A stretch of DNA of 64,000 bases from Nitrosarchaeum sp. (GTDB lineage: Archaea; Thermoproteota; Nitrososphaeria; Nitrososphaerales; Nitrosopumilaceae): contig OZ245020.1 of NCBI GenBank assembly GCA_965223865.1, positions 576,001 to 640,000 of the forward strand, in the 5' to 3' direction. This document shows, piece after piece, positions 1 through 10,846 of the stretch; within the stretch, counting starts at the first letter, position 1, and each line of letters opens with the position of its first letter. The position numbers and the translations under genes are program-made. The notes below the pieces were generated by a model, which did not search any database, was not told where the DNA came from, and was given only the letters and a program-made list of their open reading frames with translations.

Positions 1-1593
1 CCTGTTTTAGTACTAAAGGAAAGTGCTTTACAACAAAAAGGCAAAGACGCCCAACAAAATAACATAGCTGCTGCAAAACTAGTCGCAGAGTTAGTTCGAA
101 GTAGCCTAGGACCAAGAGGCTTAGATAAAATGTTAGTTGATTCATTAGGAGATGTTACAATTACAAATGATGGCGCCACCATCTTAAAAGAAATTGATGC
201 CCAACACCCAGCTGCAAAAATGATGGTAGAAATTTCAAAAACAGTTGATAATGAAGTAGGTGATGGCACAACTTCTTCAGTGGTCTTTGGAGGAGCTCTT
301 TTGGCTAAAGCTGAAGAATTATTAAAAAAAGATGTTCATTCCTCTGTTACAGTTGAAGGATATCAAGCAGCCGCAGAAAAAACATTAGAAATCTATTCAG
401 AAATGGCAAAAAAAATAAAACCTGATGATCGAGATTCACTCCTTAAAATAGCAGTCACCAGCATGCAATCAAAATTAATCTCTGAAGATAGTGATATTCT
501 TTCCAAAGTTGTAGTTGATGCAATTCTTAAAGTGGCTACTAAAAAAGGCGAAACTTATTCCGTAGATCTTGAAAATATCAAAGTAGAAAAGAAATCTGGT
601 GGCTCTATTCAGGATACTCAAATTATTAAAGGAATTGTTTTAGATAAAGAAATTGTTCATAGTGGAATGCCAACCAAAATAGAAAATTCAAAAATTGCAC
701 TACTAAACTCTGCACTTGAAATTGAAAAAACTGAAATGAGTTCAGAAATTAGAATTACTGATCCTACTCAGATGCAGATGTTTTTGGAAGAAGAAAACAG
801 AATGCTCAAAACGATGGTAGACAAACTTCATGATATTGGAACAAATGTTTTGATTTGTCAAAAAGGTATTGATGACATAGCTCAGCATTATCTAGCAAAA
901 CATGGCATTATGGCAGTCCGTCGTATCAAAGAAAGTGATATGATTAAGCTTGGAAAAGCAACTGGCGGACGAGTCATCTCTAATTTAGATGATCTTTCAG
1001 AAAAAGACCTAGGTTCAGCAGATCTGGTCCACCAGAAGAAAGTTGAATCTGACAAATGGGTTTTCATTGAAGGTTGCAAACACCCACAATCTGTTACTCT
1101 TCTGATAAGAGGAGGTTCTCAAAGGGTGATTGATGAGGTAGATAGATCAATCCATGATGCCCTTATGGTAGTAAAAGATGTCATTGAAAAACCGGAAATA
1201 GTCGCAGGTGGTGGTGCACCAGAATCATATGCTGCATCGCAACTAAAAGATTGGGCTGATAGTTTTGATGGTAGAGAACAACTTGCAATTAAAAAATATG
1301 CAGAAGCATTAGAGACAATTCCTCTAACTATTGCTGAAAATGCAGGCATGGATCCAATAGACACTATGGCAAATCTTAGATCTAAACAAAACCAAGGTAG
1401 AAAATGGACAGGAATAGATGCCAGAAATACAAAGATTGCAGATATGTTATCCATTGATGTTGTAGAACCAATAGCAGTAAAAGAGCAAATAATCAAATCT
1501 GCAACAGAAGCAGCATGTATGATTCTTAGAATTGATGATGTAATTGCTGTATCAGGCGGTTCAGGTGGCGGTATGCCACCACCAATGGGATAA
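1..1593 (+). CDS. Thermosome (group II chaperonin) subunit, 5'-partial
   Basis: Frame open from base 1 (PVLVLKESALQQKG...); TITNDGATILKE and GDGTTS motifs; GGMPPPMG tail. Confidence 0.97.
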   Translation, partial: PVLVLKESALQQKGKDAQQNNIAAAKLVAELVRSSLGPRGLDKMLVDSLGDVTITNDGATILKEIDAQHPAAKMMVEISKTVDNEVGDGTTSSVVFGGALLAKAEELLKKDVHSSVTVEGYQAAAEKTLEIYSEMAKKIKPDDRDSLLKIAVTSMQSKLISEDSDILSKVVVDAILKVATKKGETYSVDLENIKVEKKSGGSIQDTQIIKGIVLDKEIVHSGMPTKIENSKIALLNSALEIEKTEMSSEIRITDPTQMQMFLEEENRMLKTMVDKLHDIGTNVLICQKGIDDIAQHYLAKHGIMAVRRIKESDMIKLGKATGGRVISNLDDLSEKDLGSADLVHQKKVESDKWVFIEGCKHPQSVTLLIRGGSQRVIDEVDRSIHDALMVVKDVIEKPEIVAGGGAPESYAASQLKDWADSFDGREQLAIKKYAEALETIPLTIAENAGMDPIDTMANLRSKQNQGRKWTGIDARNTKIADMLSIDVVEPIAVKEQIIKSATEAACMILRIDDVIAVSGGSGGGMPPPMG

Positions 1594-1626
1594 ATTTCTT
1601 AAGACACAATTCATTTTTCATTATTA

Positions 1627-2493
1627 TTGTATAAAATTGGAATAGATCTTGGCGGAACTAAAATAGAAGGAATTCTTTTAGATGAAAACCTCAGTACAAT
1701 ACAAAGAAAAAGAGTCCCTACACCAAAAAATGACTATCAAAAAATATTACAATCAATAAAATCCCTTGTAGATGAATTATCCCAAGATACTGATAACTTT
1801 ACCTTAGGCGTTTGCATGCCAGGAGCAATTTCAAAAAAAAGTGGATTAATTAAAAATAGCAATACTCAATCTTTAATTGGAACATCTCTAAATCAAGACC
1901 TAGAACAATTACTGAAAAAAAAAATTCCTATAGAAAATGATGCTAACTGTTTTGCAAAAGCTGAATCTACTATGGGTGCGGCAAAAGGATTTGGAATTGT
2001 TTTTGGAGTAATAATGGGAACGGGTGTAGGAGGAGGAATTGTAATTAATGGAAAGATCCATCAAGGCAGAACAAACATAGCGGGAGAATGGGGTCATCAC
2101 ACTTTACATCAAAACGGCAATGTTTGTTATTGTGGCAAAAATGGGTGTGTTGAGACCTATATCAGCGGCCCGGCATTAGAAAAACAATGGTTAGAACTAA
2201 CAGGAATATCTCAAACTGTACCTGAAATTTTACAATTTCCTGAGCATCCAAAATACCAGCAATGGAAGAATGAATTTCTTGAAAATTTTGGCTTTGGATT
2301 AGCTAATGTAATTGATATTTTAGATCCTGATGTAATAGTTCTTGGTGGTGGATTATCAAATGTTGATTTTCTTTACTTTGAGGGAAAAGATTCAGTATAT
2401 GACAAAGTTTTTTCTGATCTTGTAGAAACACCAATTCTGAAAAATAGTCTTGGTGATTCAGCAGGAGTATTTGGTGCTGCAGTATTAGAATAA
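1627..2493 (+). CDS. ROK family sugar kinase
   Basis: GIDLGGTK, ENDANC, GTGVGGG, GEWGH, CYCGKNGCVE motifs. Confidence 0.93.
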   Translation: MYKIGIDLGGTKIEGILLDENLSTIQRKRVPTPKNDYQKILQSIKSLVDELSQDTDNFTLGVCMPGAISKKSGLIKNSNTQSLIGTSLNQDLEQLLKKKIPIENDANCFAKAESTMGAAKGFGIVFGVIMGTGVGGGIVINGKIHQGRTNIAGEWGHHTLHQNGNVCYCGKNGCVETYISGPALEKQWLELTGISQTVPEILQFPEHPKYQQWKNEFLENFGFGLANVIDILDPDVIVLGGGLSNVDFLYFEGKDSVYDKVFSDLVETPILKNSLGDSAGVFGAAVLE

Positions 2494-2585
2494 TTATTCA
2501 GGACAACCTTCATCTTTTGCCTTAACATAGGTATCAAAAACATGAAACTTCATGAAGGACAAAAATTTTTTCAATATTTATTAGA

Positions 2586-3052
2586 TTACTTTTGAAACAA
2601 CAGTGTAGAATCTACATCCGAACCAATACACATATCTGTGTATTCTTCAGGATCAAGAGAATAACATACTCTTGGTTCAAATTGAATTAGACAAGATTCT
2701 CTCTGACTGATTTTTTTACTTTGTCTGATGGATTTTTTTCCAACGTATTTTTAATGATTAAATTTTTAATTTCTGATTTTGTTGGTTCATCAGTAATAAA
2801 CATGATAATTCCCCTAAATTGAAATCCTTTCAATTCTTCTTTGTTAAAAATTGAAACAGTCGCCCAGGGATTGACTTGCATATTTTTAAAAGATTTATGT
2901 TTGAAAAAATCAAGCCAATAAATTGTATTTTCTTCTACTTTGAAGAAAATTCGAGGTGATACATTTGGAAGATTATTTCCTCCTATAGTTCCAACAACAA
3001 AAATTCCTTGAGCGTCTATGAATTTCTTTATATCTTCAGGAATTTTTACCAT
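2586..3052 (-). pseudogene. Pyridoxamine 5'-phosphate oxidase-like FMN-binding protein, frameshifted in an A7 run
   Basis: ORF 3052-2687 has a PNPOx-like N-terminus (PNVSPR...NPWATV); the family-like C-terminus (ISQRESCLIQFEPRVCYSLDPEEY...QK*) continues in the -1 frame after the T7 at 2711-2717 to a stop at 2586. Confidence 0.65.
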
Positions 3053-3088
3053 GATTACAATGTATCATTTTTGTATTAAAGGAGTTTT

Positions 3089-3442
3089 TCAAACCCCAAA
3101 TTTGAGAATAATTTCTAATATTTTTTCAGTCAGTTCAATAATATTTGAGCCTAATTCTGTACTGACTATAATTAGTCCTGCTCCTCCAATGGGTATGGTA
3201 ACACAATAAATTTCCTCATATTTTGCCAAAGTAAAAATTGGTTCTCTGATTTCTCCTTAAGTTTTTTTTCTAGTAAACCATCTATATACAGTCTAAGATA
3301 AAACTGTCTCAGTTTCTTCTTTTGTGAGATAGTTCTTCAATCCTTTTCTTGTTTTGTTATACAATTCTCCATAGTCATACACTCCATAACGAATTGCTTT
3401 ATCAACATCTAGAATTTCATCACAAATTTTTTCATAATCCCC
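3089..3442 (-). pseudogene. DUF6659-like (roadblock-like) thaumarchaeal protein, disrupted
   Basis: Manual translation DYEKICDEILDVDKAIRY...VLS*...KKT*...LAKYEEIYCVTIPI...IVSTE; two in-frame stops, no ATG; resembles ORF 29019-29417. Confidence 0.7.
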
Positions 3443-3450
3443 TTCTCTTA

Positions 3451-4974
3451 CTACTGTGGTTCAATTGTTGCAGGTGGTTTGCTAGAAATTGCATATGTAA
3501 CCCAAGTAACATCCTCAATCTCATTTGTTATTCTATTACTCATTTTTTCTAATAATTCATGGGATAATCTTGTCCAATCAGCAGTCATTGCATCAATTGA
3601 ATCAACTACTCTAATCATTACAATGTTACCGTATTTCCTTTCATCTCCTACTACTCCAACTGCTTTATCATCTCCAACCGAAGCATAGGCCTGCCATATT
3701 TTCCCATAAAGATCAGCCTCTAAAAGTTCCTCTTCTACAATCTTACTTGCTACTTTTGTAATTTGGAGCTTTGTTGGGGTTACATCCCCGATTATTCTTA
3801 CTGCTAATCCCGGTCCTGGAAAGGGATGTCTCATGAAAAGTTTTTCAGGAACATCCAACAGATTTGCAATCTTTCTTACTTCATCTTTGTATAAGTCCCT
3901 TAATGGTTCTAGGATTTTTAAATTGAGCCAATCAGGAAGACCACCAACATTATGATGTGACTTTATTACTGCAGCAGGACCTTTCGAAATTCCACTTTCA
4001 ATGACATCTGGATATAACGTTCCTTGAGCAAGCCATTTGAAAGGTCCTTTTTTTTCTGCAAACTCTGAGAATACACGAATGAATTCTTCTCCTACAATCA
4101 TTCTCTTTTTTTCAGGATCTGTTATTCCCTTTAGTTTTTCCAGAAATACTTGGGATGCATTGATTGCCGTAAAATTTACCTTGAAATTATTCTTAAACAT
4201 ATCTTCAATCTCAACTTCTTCATTTAATCTCAAAAGACCATTGTTTACAAAAACACATTTGAGCCTTTCTCCAATTGCCTTATGAATTAGCAAAGCTGCC
4301 ACTGTAGAATCTATTCCTCCACTAACACCACATAATACATTACCATCAATCTTTGAAATTTCTTTAACAGCTGATTCAATAAATCCTTCCATTGTCCAAT
4401 CTTGTTTGGTACCACAAACCTTCAACACAAAATTCTTCAAAATTTCTGTTCCTTGTTCGGTGTGAACTACTTCAGGATGAAATTGAATACCAAACACTGG
4501 TTTTTCTTCTGATGCAATTGCAGCTGCTTTTGCACTTTCAGTATGTCCAATCACTTTGAATCCTGAAGGGATCTGTTCTGCTTCATCTCCATGACTCATC
4601 CATGCTCTTACTGATTCACCAATCCCTCTAAGAAGATCTTTATCATTATCAATTGTTAGAAGAGATGATCCGTACTCTTTATTTGCTCTCTTAACTTTCC
4701 CTCCAAATTTGTTTACTATTAGTTGATGGCCATAACAAATTCCAAGTAACGGCAAATCCATCTCAAAAATTTTATTATCAGGAAGAGGAGCACCCTCACT
4801 ATAAACACTTGATGGTCCGCCTGAAAAAATAATTCCTTTAGGATTATGCTTTAGCAATTCCTCATAACTAATATCATAAGGAACAAGTTCAGCATAAACT
4901 GAAAACTCTCTAATTCTTCTGCAAATTAAGTGGCTGTACTGTGATCCAAAATCTAAAACTACAATCTTATCCAT
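3451..4974 (-). CDS. guaA: GMP synthase (glutamine-hydrolysing)
   Basis: VLDFGSQY, GICYG, QFHPEV, SGGIDS, HPFPGPGL, KPPATIE; start taken at MDKIV. Confidence 0.98.
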   Translation of the reverse strand: MDKIVVLDFGSQYSHLICRRIREFSVYAELVPYDISYEELLKHNPKGIIFSGGPSSVYSEGAPLPDNKIFEMDLPLLGICYGHQLIVNKFGGKVKRANKEYGSSLLTIDNDKDLLRGIGESVRAWMSHGDEAEQIPSGFKVIGHTESAKAAAIASEEKPVFGIQFHPEVVHTEQGTEILKNFVLKVCGTKQDWTMEGFIESAVKEISKIDGNVLCGVSGGIDSTVAALLIHKAIGERLKCVFVNNGLLRLNEEVEIEDMFKNNFKVNFTAINASQVFLEKLKGITDPEKKRMIVGEEFIRVFSEFAEKKGPFKWLAQGTLYPDVIESGISKGPAAVIKSHHNVGGLPDWLNLKILEPLRDLYKDEVRKIANLLDVPEKLFMRHPFPGPGLAVRIIGDVTPTKLQITKVASKIVEEELLEADLYGKIWQAYASVGDDKAVGVVGDERKYGNIVMIRVVDSIDAMTADWTRLSHELLEKMSNRITNEIEDVTWVTYAISSKPPATIEPQ

Positions 4975-4978
4975 AAAA

Positions 4979-5554
4979 TCACTTTTTGATATTTTCAAGC
5001 ATACGTGCTAAGGACCAACCTGCAGTGTTAATAATCTCATTTACCCTTTCTTTTTGTCTATAGTTTCTGATTATTATTTCTCTAATGTCTGAACCAGTCT
5101 TTTTAATTATGTAATCGATAACTGATTCTTTTTGGATTTTTCCATTATTTGCGTCTATTGAATCCTTACGTTTCATTTCTCCAATAATTCTATCAATAAA
5201 GAACGATTTGAAGGGAGGTGTATCTACGTTGATCCCGACATTTTCATCAAGAATTATTGAAACCTGTTCGGGTGTGACATAAGCATTTGCAATAATTTCG
5301 TCATCAGCACCTCTTTTAATTGGAATTGAATTTTCTGTGAGTTTATTTTCAATTAAAGGTGGTCCTTTTTCAGAATTTGTTTTTTTTCTACTCAAAGTAG
5401 AAGCCTTTGTAAAACTAGATTCTTTAAGAACCAAATCTAAAATTATTAAATTCTTTTCAAGCAAATCTATTGCCTCTTGATGTTTATCAATCTGACCAAT
5501 CAGGTCATCTTTTAAGGCAACAATATCTTTGATTTGTTCCTCTGAGATTTTCAT
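4979..5554 (-). CDS. Hypothetical protein with N-terminal coiled coil
   Basis: 191-aa ORF, co-oriented with mptE and guaA. Confidence 0.75.
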   Translation of the reverse strand: MKISEEQIKDIVALKDDLIGQIDKHQEAIDLLEKNLIILDLVLKESSFTKASTLSRKKTNSEKGPPLIENKLTENSIPIKRGADDEIIANAYVTPEQVSIILDENVGINVDTPPFKSFFIDRIIGEMKRKDSIDANNGKIQKESVIDYIIKKTGSDIREIIIRNYRQKERVNEIINTAGWSLARMLENIKK

Positions 5555-5589
5555 ATTTTTTTGATGTTTGTATAGGTATTAAATCCATT

Positions 5590-6327
5590 CTAGGTAATTA
5601 TAGTATCAATTTCTTTAAAATCTATTTTTTTGAATCCTCTAATTGGATTAGATGTTGTAAATAATTCAGATTTTGATTTTTTTGCAAGCCATTCTAGAAG
5701 AAATTTACCCTTTTCAAGTTTTTTTAATTTTATTTTTCGTTCTGCTAACTTTGTGTTAGAAAACCTACCTATTTTATTTCCAAAATCCATTCCAAACAAA
5801 ATAATCTTCTCTGCATCAAAATAATTTGCAAGAAAAACTGCTCTGTCACCATCAGTAAACCCACCAAAATTTTGAATTTTTCCTAATGATTTTGTTTGTG
5901 TTGTTCCAATACAATTTTTAAAATTTTTAACAAAATGTAACTTCAATTTGTTGTCTCCATGTGCATGAACTACAAAAATAGTTTTGGTTTTTCCTATTTT
6001 TTTTAGTGCTTTTTCATTACCATCTAAATCCGTTACAACAATATCTGGCTTAATTCCATTTTTAATTAATGGTTCAAGGGCACTATCTGCAACAATCATT
6101 GTAGTTTTTTTAAATTTTTTTAAAAAAGGAATTGCCAAAGCTAAAGATGGCCCAGAACCAATCACAAAAACCGATTTTAAATTAATCATTTCTTTAATTT
6201 TTTGTTCTATATTAGATTCTTTTAACATTGAATCCAAAATCAATGCTGATTCCAAATCTTGTTTTTTATCGTAATTGAACTCTTTTAAAATCTCCAAATA
6301 TCTTAAATTCCAACCTGAAATCATCAT
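5590..6327 (-). CDS. mptE: 6-hydroxymethyl-7,8-dihydropterin pyrophosphokinase (DUF115)
   Basis: GSGPSL, VVTDLDG, VHAHGDN, NFGGFTDGDRA, LFGMDF; start trimmed to MMISGW. Confidence 0.9.
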   Translation of the reverse strand: MMISGWNLRYLEILKEFNYDKKQDLESALILDSMLKESNIEQKIKEMINLKSVFVIGSGPSLALAIPFLKKFKKTTMIVADSALEPLIKNGIKPDIVVTDLDGNEKALKKIGKTKTIFVVHAHGDNKLKLHFVKNFKNCIGTTQTKSLGKIQNFGGFTDGDRAVFLANYFDAEKIILFGMDFGNKIGRFSNTKLAERKIKLKKLEKGKFLLEWLAKKSKSELFTTSNPIRGFKKIDFKEIDTIIT

Positions 6328-6361
6328 ATAACTCAAATTGGTATGGTTTTTGATAAATCCT

Positions 6362-7228
6362 ATGAATAAGATTGGAAATGTCTTTGTAGGTTCTAAAAAT
6401 CCAGTTCGTATAATGGGAATATTAAACACGAGTCCTGAATCCTTTTTAAAAAAATCAATTAAAACTTCAAAACAAAAAATTTCTGAAACAGTAAAAGAAA
6501 TGGAGATTGATGGTGCCGACTTTATTGATGTTGGAGGCATGTCTACTGCACCCTATTTGTCAACTACAGTTTCTGAAAAAATTGAATCCAAAAGAATACA
6601 AGATGCAATCAGAATCATTCAAGATATTTCAAATCTTCCAATATCTGTGGATACATGTAGAGCAAGTGTGGCAAAAAAGGCATTAGACTCTGGAGTCGAA
6701 ATAATTAATGATATTTCAGGATTAAAGTATGACCCCAACATGATTGAGGTTATTAGCAATTATAACCCATCCTTAATTTTGTGTGCATTTGATTCAAAAC
6801 CCGTTTTTGGAAATCAAATTCTCGCAACAAAAAAACTATTACAAGAGAGTTTAAAACTTGCAAAAAAAGCAAGAATTTCTACCTCTAAAATTGTTTTAGA
6901 TCCTGCCATTGGCTTTTTTCGAAAATCAGGACAAGGATCTTTTTTTACAAAGATCCAATCTGATTGGTTAGAAAGAGATCTTCATGTCATTCAAAATCTT
7001 AGATCTATTAAACAAAATTACCCTCTTCTGATCTCAATCTCCAACAAGTCATTTATTGGAAAACTATTAGAAAAAGAAGATCCTTCAGCTCGATTATTTG
7101 GATCAATAGCTGCCGAAGTTATTTCTGTTATTAATGGTGCTGATATTATTAGAACTCACAATATTACTGAAACTAAAGATGCTGTAAAGATTGCATCTAA
7201 ACTATCAAGATCACACAAAGGCTTATAA
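6362..7228 (+). CDS. folP: Dihydropteroate synthase
   Basis: MGILNTSPESF, IDVGGMST, ISVDT, INDISG, SNKSF, IIRTHN. Confidence 0.95.
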   Translation: MNKIGNVFVGSKNPVRIMGILNTSPESFLKKSIKTSKQKISETVKEMEIDGADFIDVGGMSTAPYLSTTVSEKIESKRIQDAIRIIQDISNLPISVDTCRASVAKKALDSGVEIINDISGLKYDPNMIEVISNYNPSLILCAFDSKPVFGNQILATKKLLQESLKLAKKARISTSKIVLDPAIGFFRKSGQGSFFTKIQSDWLERDLHVIQNLRSIKQNYPLLISISNKSFIGKLLEKEDPSARLFGSIAAEVISVINGADIIRTHNITETKDAVKIASKLSRSHKGL

Positions 7229-7258
7229 TCCATATTTGACTTTCTTTACAAGGTTTCA

Positions 7259-8692
7259 TTGGAATTCAAAGAGGGATTAACTTTTGATGACGTTCTCTTA
7301 GTTCCCAAATATTCTGATATTACAAGTAGATCTCAGACCGATCTAAAAACTCAACTATCCCGTAATATTTCTCTCAATATCCCTTTTGTTAGTGCTAATA
7401 TGGATACCGTTACTGAATCTGCAATGGCAGTAACCATGGCCCGTGCAGGAGGAATTGGAATTATTCACAGATTTTTAACTATTCAAGAACAAGCTAATGA
7501 GGTTCTCAAGGTAAAGAGATCTGGAAGTGTAATGATTGAAAATCCCTATTCAATCCATCAAGAAAAAACAGTTCAAGATGCAATAGACCATGCTGAGGAC
7601 AAAGAAGTATCTGGTCTTTTAGTTGTTGACTCAGACTCTAAATTGGTTGGAATTGTAACTGATAGAGATCTATTATTTGAGACCGATTCAAAAACCCTTC
7701 TTAAAGATATAATGACCAAAGATATTGTCACTGCAAAACCTGGAGTAAACCTTGATGATGCAAAATCCATTTTACACAAACATAAAATTGAGAAATTACC
7801 TATCGTTGATGAATCAGGTCTAGTCAAGGGTCTGATTACTAGTAAAGATATTACAAATATTGAAGACTATCCCTCTGCATCAAAAGATAAGAAAGGTAGA
7901 CCTCTTGTTGGTGCAGCAGTTGGTGTTAAAGGTGACTTTTTAGAAAGATCTGAATTTCTTTTAGATGCCGGAACTGATGTACTAGTTGTCGATATTGCAC
8001 ACGGACATAGCGAAAATGCAATAAGCACTGTCAAAAACATTAAGAAAGCATTTCCTGATTGTGAGTTGATTGCTGGAAATATTGCTACGGCTCAAGGTGC
8101 TGAAGATTTGATCAAGGCCGGCGTTGATGCTGTAAAAGTTGGCGTTGGTTCAGGTTCAATTTGCATTACGAGAGTAATTACAGGTTCAGGAGTTCCACAA
8201 CTAACTGCAGTAATCGATTGTGCTAGAATTGGAAAAGATCATGGCATACCAATAATATCTGATGGAGGGACGAGGACTTCTGGTGATGCAACAAAGGCTT
8301 TAGCTGCAGGCGCTTCATCTGTTATGATTGGAAGTATGCTTGGTGGAACCGATGAATCGCCTGGAACCGTACTGACTAAAAACGGAAAAAGATTCAAAGT
8401 TTATCGAGGAATGGCATCTCTTGCAGCCTCTATAGGTAGAAAATCAAAAGAAACCGGTACAATTTCTCTTGATGACGATCTTAATGACTATGTTGCAGAA
8501 GGAGTAGAAGCGATGGTTCCATACAAAGGAACTGTAACTGATATTCTTAAACAACTAACTGGCGGGGTACGGTCTGGTCTTAGTTATTGTGGATCCCACA
8601 CAATCACACAAATGCAAGATAATGCAGAATTTATCAAAATGTCTCGTGCAGGTTTTGCTGAAAGTCATCCTCATGACGTTTCGTTAATGTAA
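7259..8692 (+). CDS. guaB: IMP dehydrogenase with CBS pair
   Basis: [33 protein letters not shown]. Confidence 0.98.
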   Translation: MEFKEGLTFDDVLLVPKYSDITSRSQTDLKTQLSRNISLNIPFVSANMDTVTESAMAVTMARAGGIGIIHRFLTIQEQANEVLKVKRSGSVMIENPYSIHQEKTVQDAIDHAEDKEVSGLLVVDSDSKLVGIVTDRDLLFETDSKTLLKDIMTKDIVTAKPGVNLDDAKSILHKHKIEKLPIVDESGLVKGLITSKDITNIEDYPSASKDKKGRPLVGAAVGVKGDFLERSEFLLDAGTDVLVVDIAHGHSENAISTVKNIKKAFPDCELIAGNIATAQGAEDLIKAGVDAVKVGVGSGSICITRVITGSGVPQLTAVIDCARIGKDHGIPIISDGGTRTSGDATKALAAGASSVMIGSMLGGTDESPGTVLTKNGKRFKVYRGMASLAASIGRKSKETGTISLDDDLNDYVAEGVEAMVPYKGTVTDILKQLTGGVRSGLSYCGSHTITQMQDNAEFIKMSRAGFAESHPHDVSLM

Positions 8693-8967
8693 ATTTTTAA
8701 ACTTTGGAATTCCATTAATGAATTTTTCATTAGCTTTATTTGAAATTTTATTATTATGCAAATTCTTTGTCAACCTAATTTCATATCATGAGATTTCAAT
8801 CAAGAAGACAATTAATTGTATTACTTTTCAATGTTGATAATATTGTTTTCAACTTGAGGAGCACATATGTTATTAATTAATACTTAATCTGAATCTATTC
8901 TAAAGAAATTTGTTTCTAACTAAAAATACTTCAGTCTATCATTATCTTTATCTAAAATTGTAGACTG

Positions 8968-9249
8968 TTAGACAACTACAACTTCAGGTTGTTTTCTGTT
9001 TGATTCTTGTGTAGACATTCCACCATATCCAGGATCTATCTTTTGTTTGGGGTTTAACGAAGTATCATGGTGACAAGGTTTATTGCATACCGGACAGAAT
9101 TTTCTATCTAAAACAATACATTGACAGATATGATTTTTGATATATCCTTGTGCAGCTAGATTCCATTCTCCAGTACCATTACAATACACACATAGCTTTG
9201 ATCCAAATTTGCCTAATCCTTTGCAAAAATCACAATAATCTTCTTTCAT
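8968..9249 (-). CDS. Small Cys-rich putative Zn-binding protein
   Basis: DnaJ-like CDFCKGLG...CVYCNGTG plus CQC...CPVC...CHH. Confidence 0.75.
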   Translation of the reverse strand: MKEDYCDFCKGLGKFGSKLCVYCNGTGEWNLAAQGYIKNHICQCIVLDRKFCPVCNKPCHHDTSLNPKQKIDPGYGGMSTQESNRKQPEVVVV

Positions 9250-9564
9250 GTTGTTTTTTACAAATAGAGTAGAATAACTGGAAGCATTTAATTCTAGTCT
9301 ATCCGCATCAATTAGGTCTTTATTTTACAATAAATGAAGTTTCTATAAGATTAATTCAATATTTTCTTTTGTGGCTAACTCACATTGATTTTTCTTCTTC
9401 GTATGTTTTCTAATCTCTTTTCTTTGCAAGAAAACAAGTCATTTTCTAGCCTCATTTATGCTAATTTCCAATAAAATCTCAAGTAAAAGATGGGTTTTAC
9501 GGTTATTATCTGGTACAAGCCAAAATTCGCTAATCTTTTAAGCGGTATCCAAAATTATTGAATT

Positions 9565-10032
9565 GTGTTATCTAAAAGAACAATAATTGGATTAGTAGTG
9601 GGAAGCGCAATTATTGGAATCGGTGCTGTATCGTTAATTCAACATATTGGAACTATTACAGTAAATGAAAATTATTTAGTGGAAGTAGGTGATTCAACAT
9701 TCTATACAATTCCTGCTCCTGCAAACACACCCCAATCCATGAAAATTGTTGGCGATAGTTTTGATCTAAAACTAGAAAGTCCTGCAGAAGGATTACAAAT
9801 TCCAAAAACATCTTTCAAAAAGGAAAAGAAATTAGATTGGGTACATTTAGAAGATGGAGAATCAAAAATCCAGATTCAAAATACCGGCAACACTGATTTG
9901 GAAATCACAGGTGTTCTCATTCGAAGTTCTGATCCAATCTGGTTTACATTTGATATTATGGTAATTACTTCAGGAGTGGTAATCATTGGATTTAGTATGG
10001 GATTTACTATACGAAAACCAAAAGGATTCTAG
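9565..10032 (+). CDS. Hypothetical membrane protein
   Basis: N- and C-terminal hydrophobic helices; TATA-like TTTAAG upstream. Confidence 0.75.
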   Translation: MLSKRTIIGLVVGSAIIGIGAVSLIQHIGTITVNENYLVEVGDSTFYTIPAPANTPQSMKIVGDSFDLKLESPAEGLQIPKTSFKKEKKLDWVHLEDGESKIQIQNTGNTDLEITGVLIRSSDPIWFTFDIMVITSGVVIIGFSMGFTIRKPKGF

Positions 10033-10844
10033 TTTAACTTTGCTGCTGGATAAGAACCAAGAATTTTCATAAATAATGTCTCTTTTTTTATCTTTACAAG
10101 CATTTCTGCAATTTTAGAATTCTCAAAATGACCTTCAAAATCTACATAGAAATTATATTCCCAAGTGTTTGTTTTAGTAGGCCTTGATTCAATTTTAGTT
10201 AGATTTACTCTATAATTGTGAAAGTTCTCAATAATTTTGTATAGTGCATCTGGCTCATGTTTTATCGAAAAAATAATTGATGTCTTGTCTCTTCCTGTTT
10301 CTTTTTTTTGCTGTTTTGATAATACTAAAAATCGTGTATAATTGTTCAAATTATCTGCAATTCCATCTGCAATTATAGGCATATTGTAAATCTCAGAGGC
10401 CGTCTTGCTTGCAATACACGCAACATTATTCTTTGCAATATCTTTGATAATTTTTACACTACCCGCAGTATCATATGTGGGAACTGTTTTCATGCCATGT
10501 TTTTCAATAAACTTTTTGCATTGTCCTAAAGCTTGTGGGTGAGAATATACTACATTAATTTCTTCCAACTTTCCGTTTCCAATCAAACAATGTTCAATTC
10601 TTAGATAATATTCTCCTATTGCATTAAGCGATGTCGAATACAGTAAATCATAGCTTTCACCAACACTTCCTTCCAAAGAATTCTCTACAGGCAAAACAGA
10701 AAAATCTGTTTTGTCTCTTATTGTACTTTCTAAAACTTCAGCAAAGGTTGGAAGAGGAATTGTTTCTATTTTCTCATCAAACAATGCTCTTGATGCTGCC
10801 TCGCTATATGCACCTCGTTCGCCTTGGAACGAAACACGTTTCAT
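10029..10844 (-). CDS. pheA: Prephenate dehydratase
   Basis: QGERGAYSE, PVENSLEG, SHPQALGQC, NYTRF, ACT domain with KIESRP. Confidence 0.97.
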   Translation of the reverse strand: MKRVSFQGERGAYSEAASRALFDEKIETIPLPTFAEVLESTIRDKTDFSVLPVENSLEGSVGESYDLLYSTSLNAIGEYYLRIEHCLIGNGKLEEINVVYSHPQALGQCKKFIEKHGMKTVPTYDTAGSVKIIKDIAKNNVACIASKTASEIYNMPIIADGIADNLNNYTRFLVLSKQQKKETGRDKTSIIFSIKHEPDALYKIIENFHNYRVNLTKIESRPTKTNTWEYNFYVDFEGHFENSKIAEMLVKIKKETLFMKILGSYPAAKLN

Positions 10845-10846
10845 CT

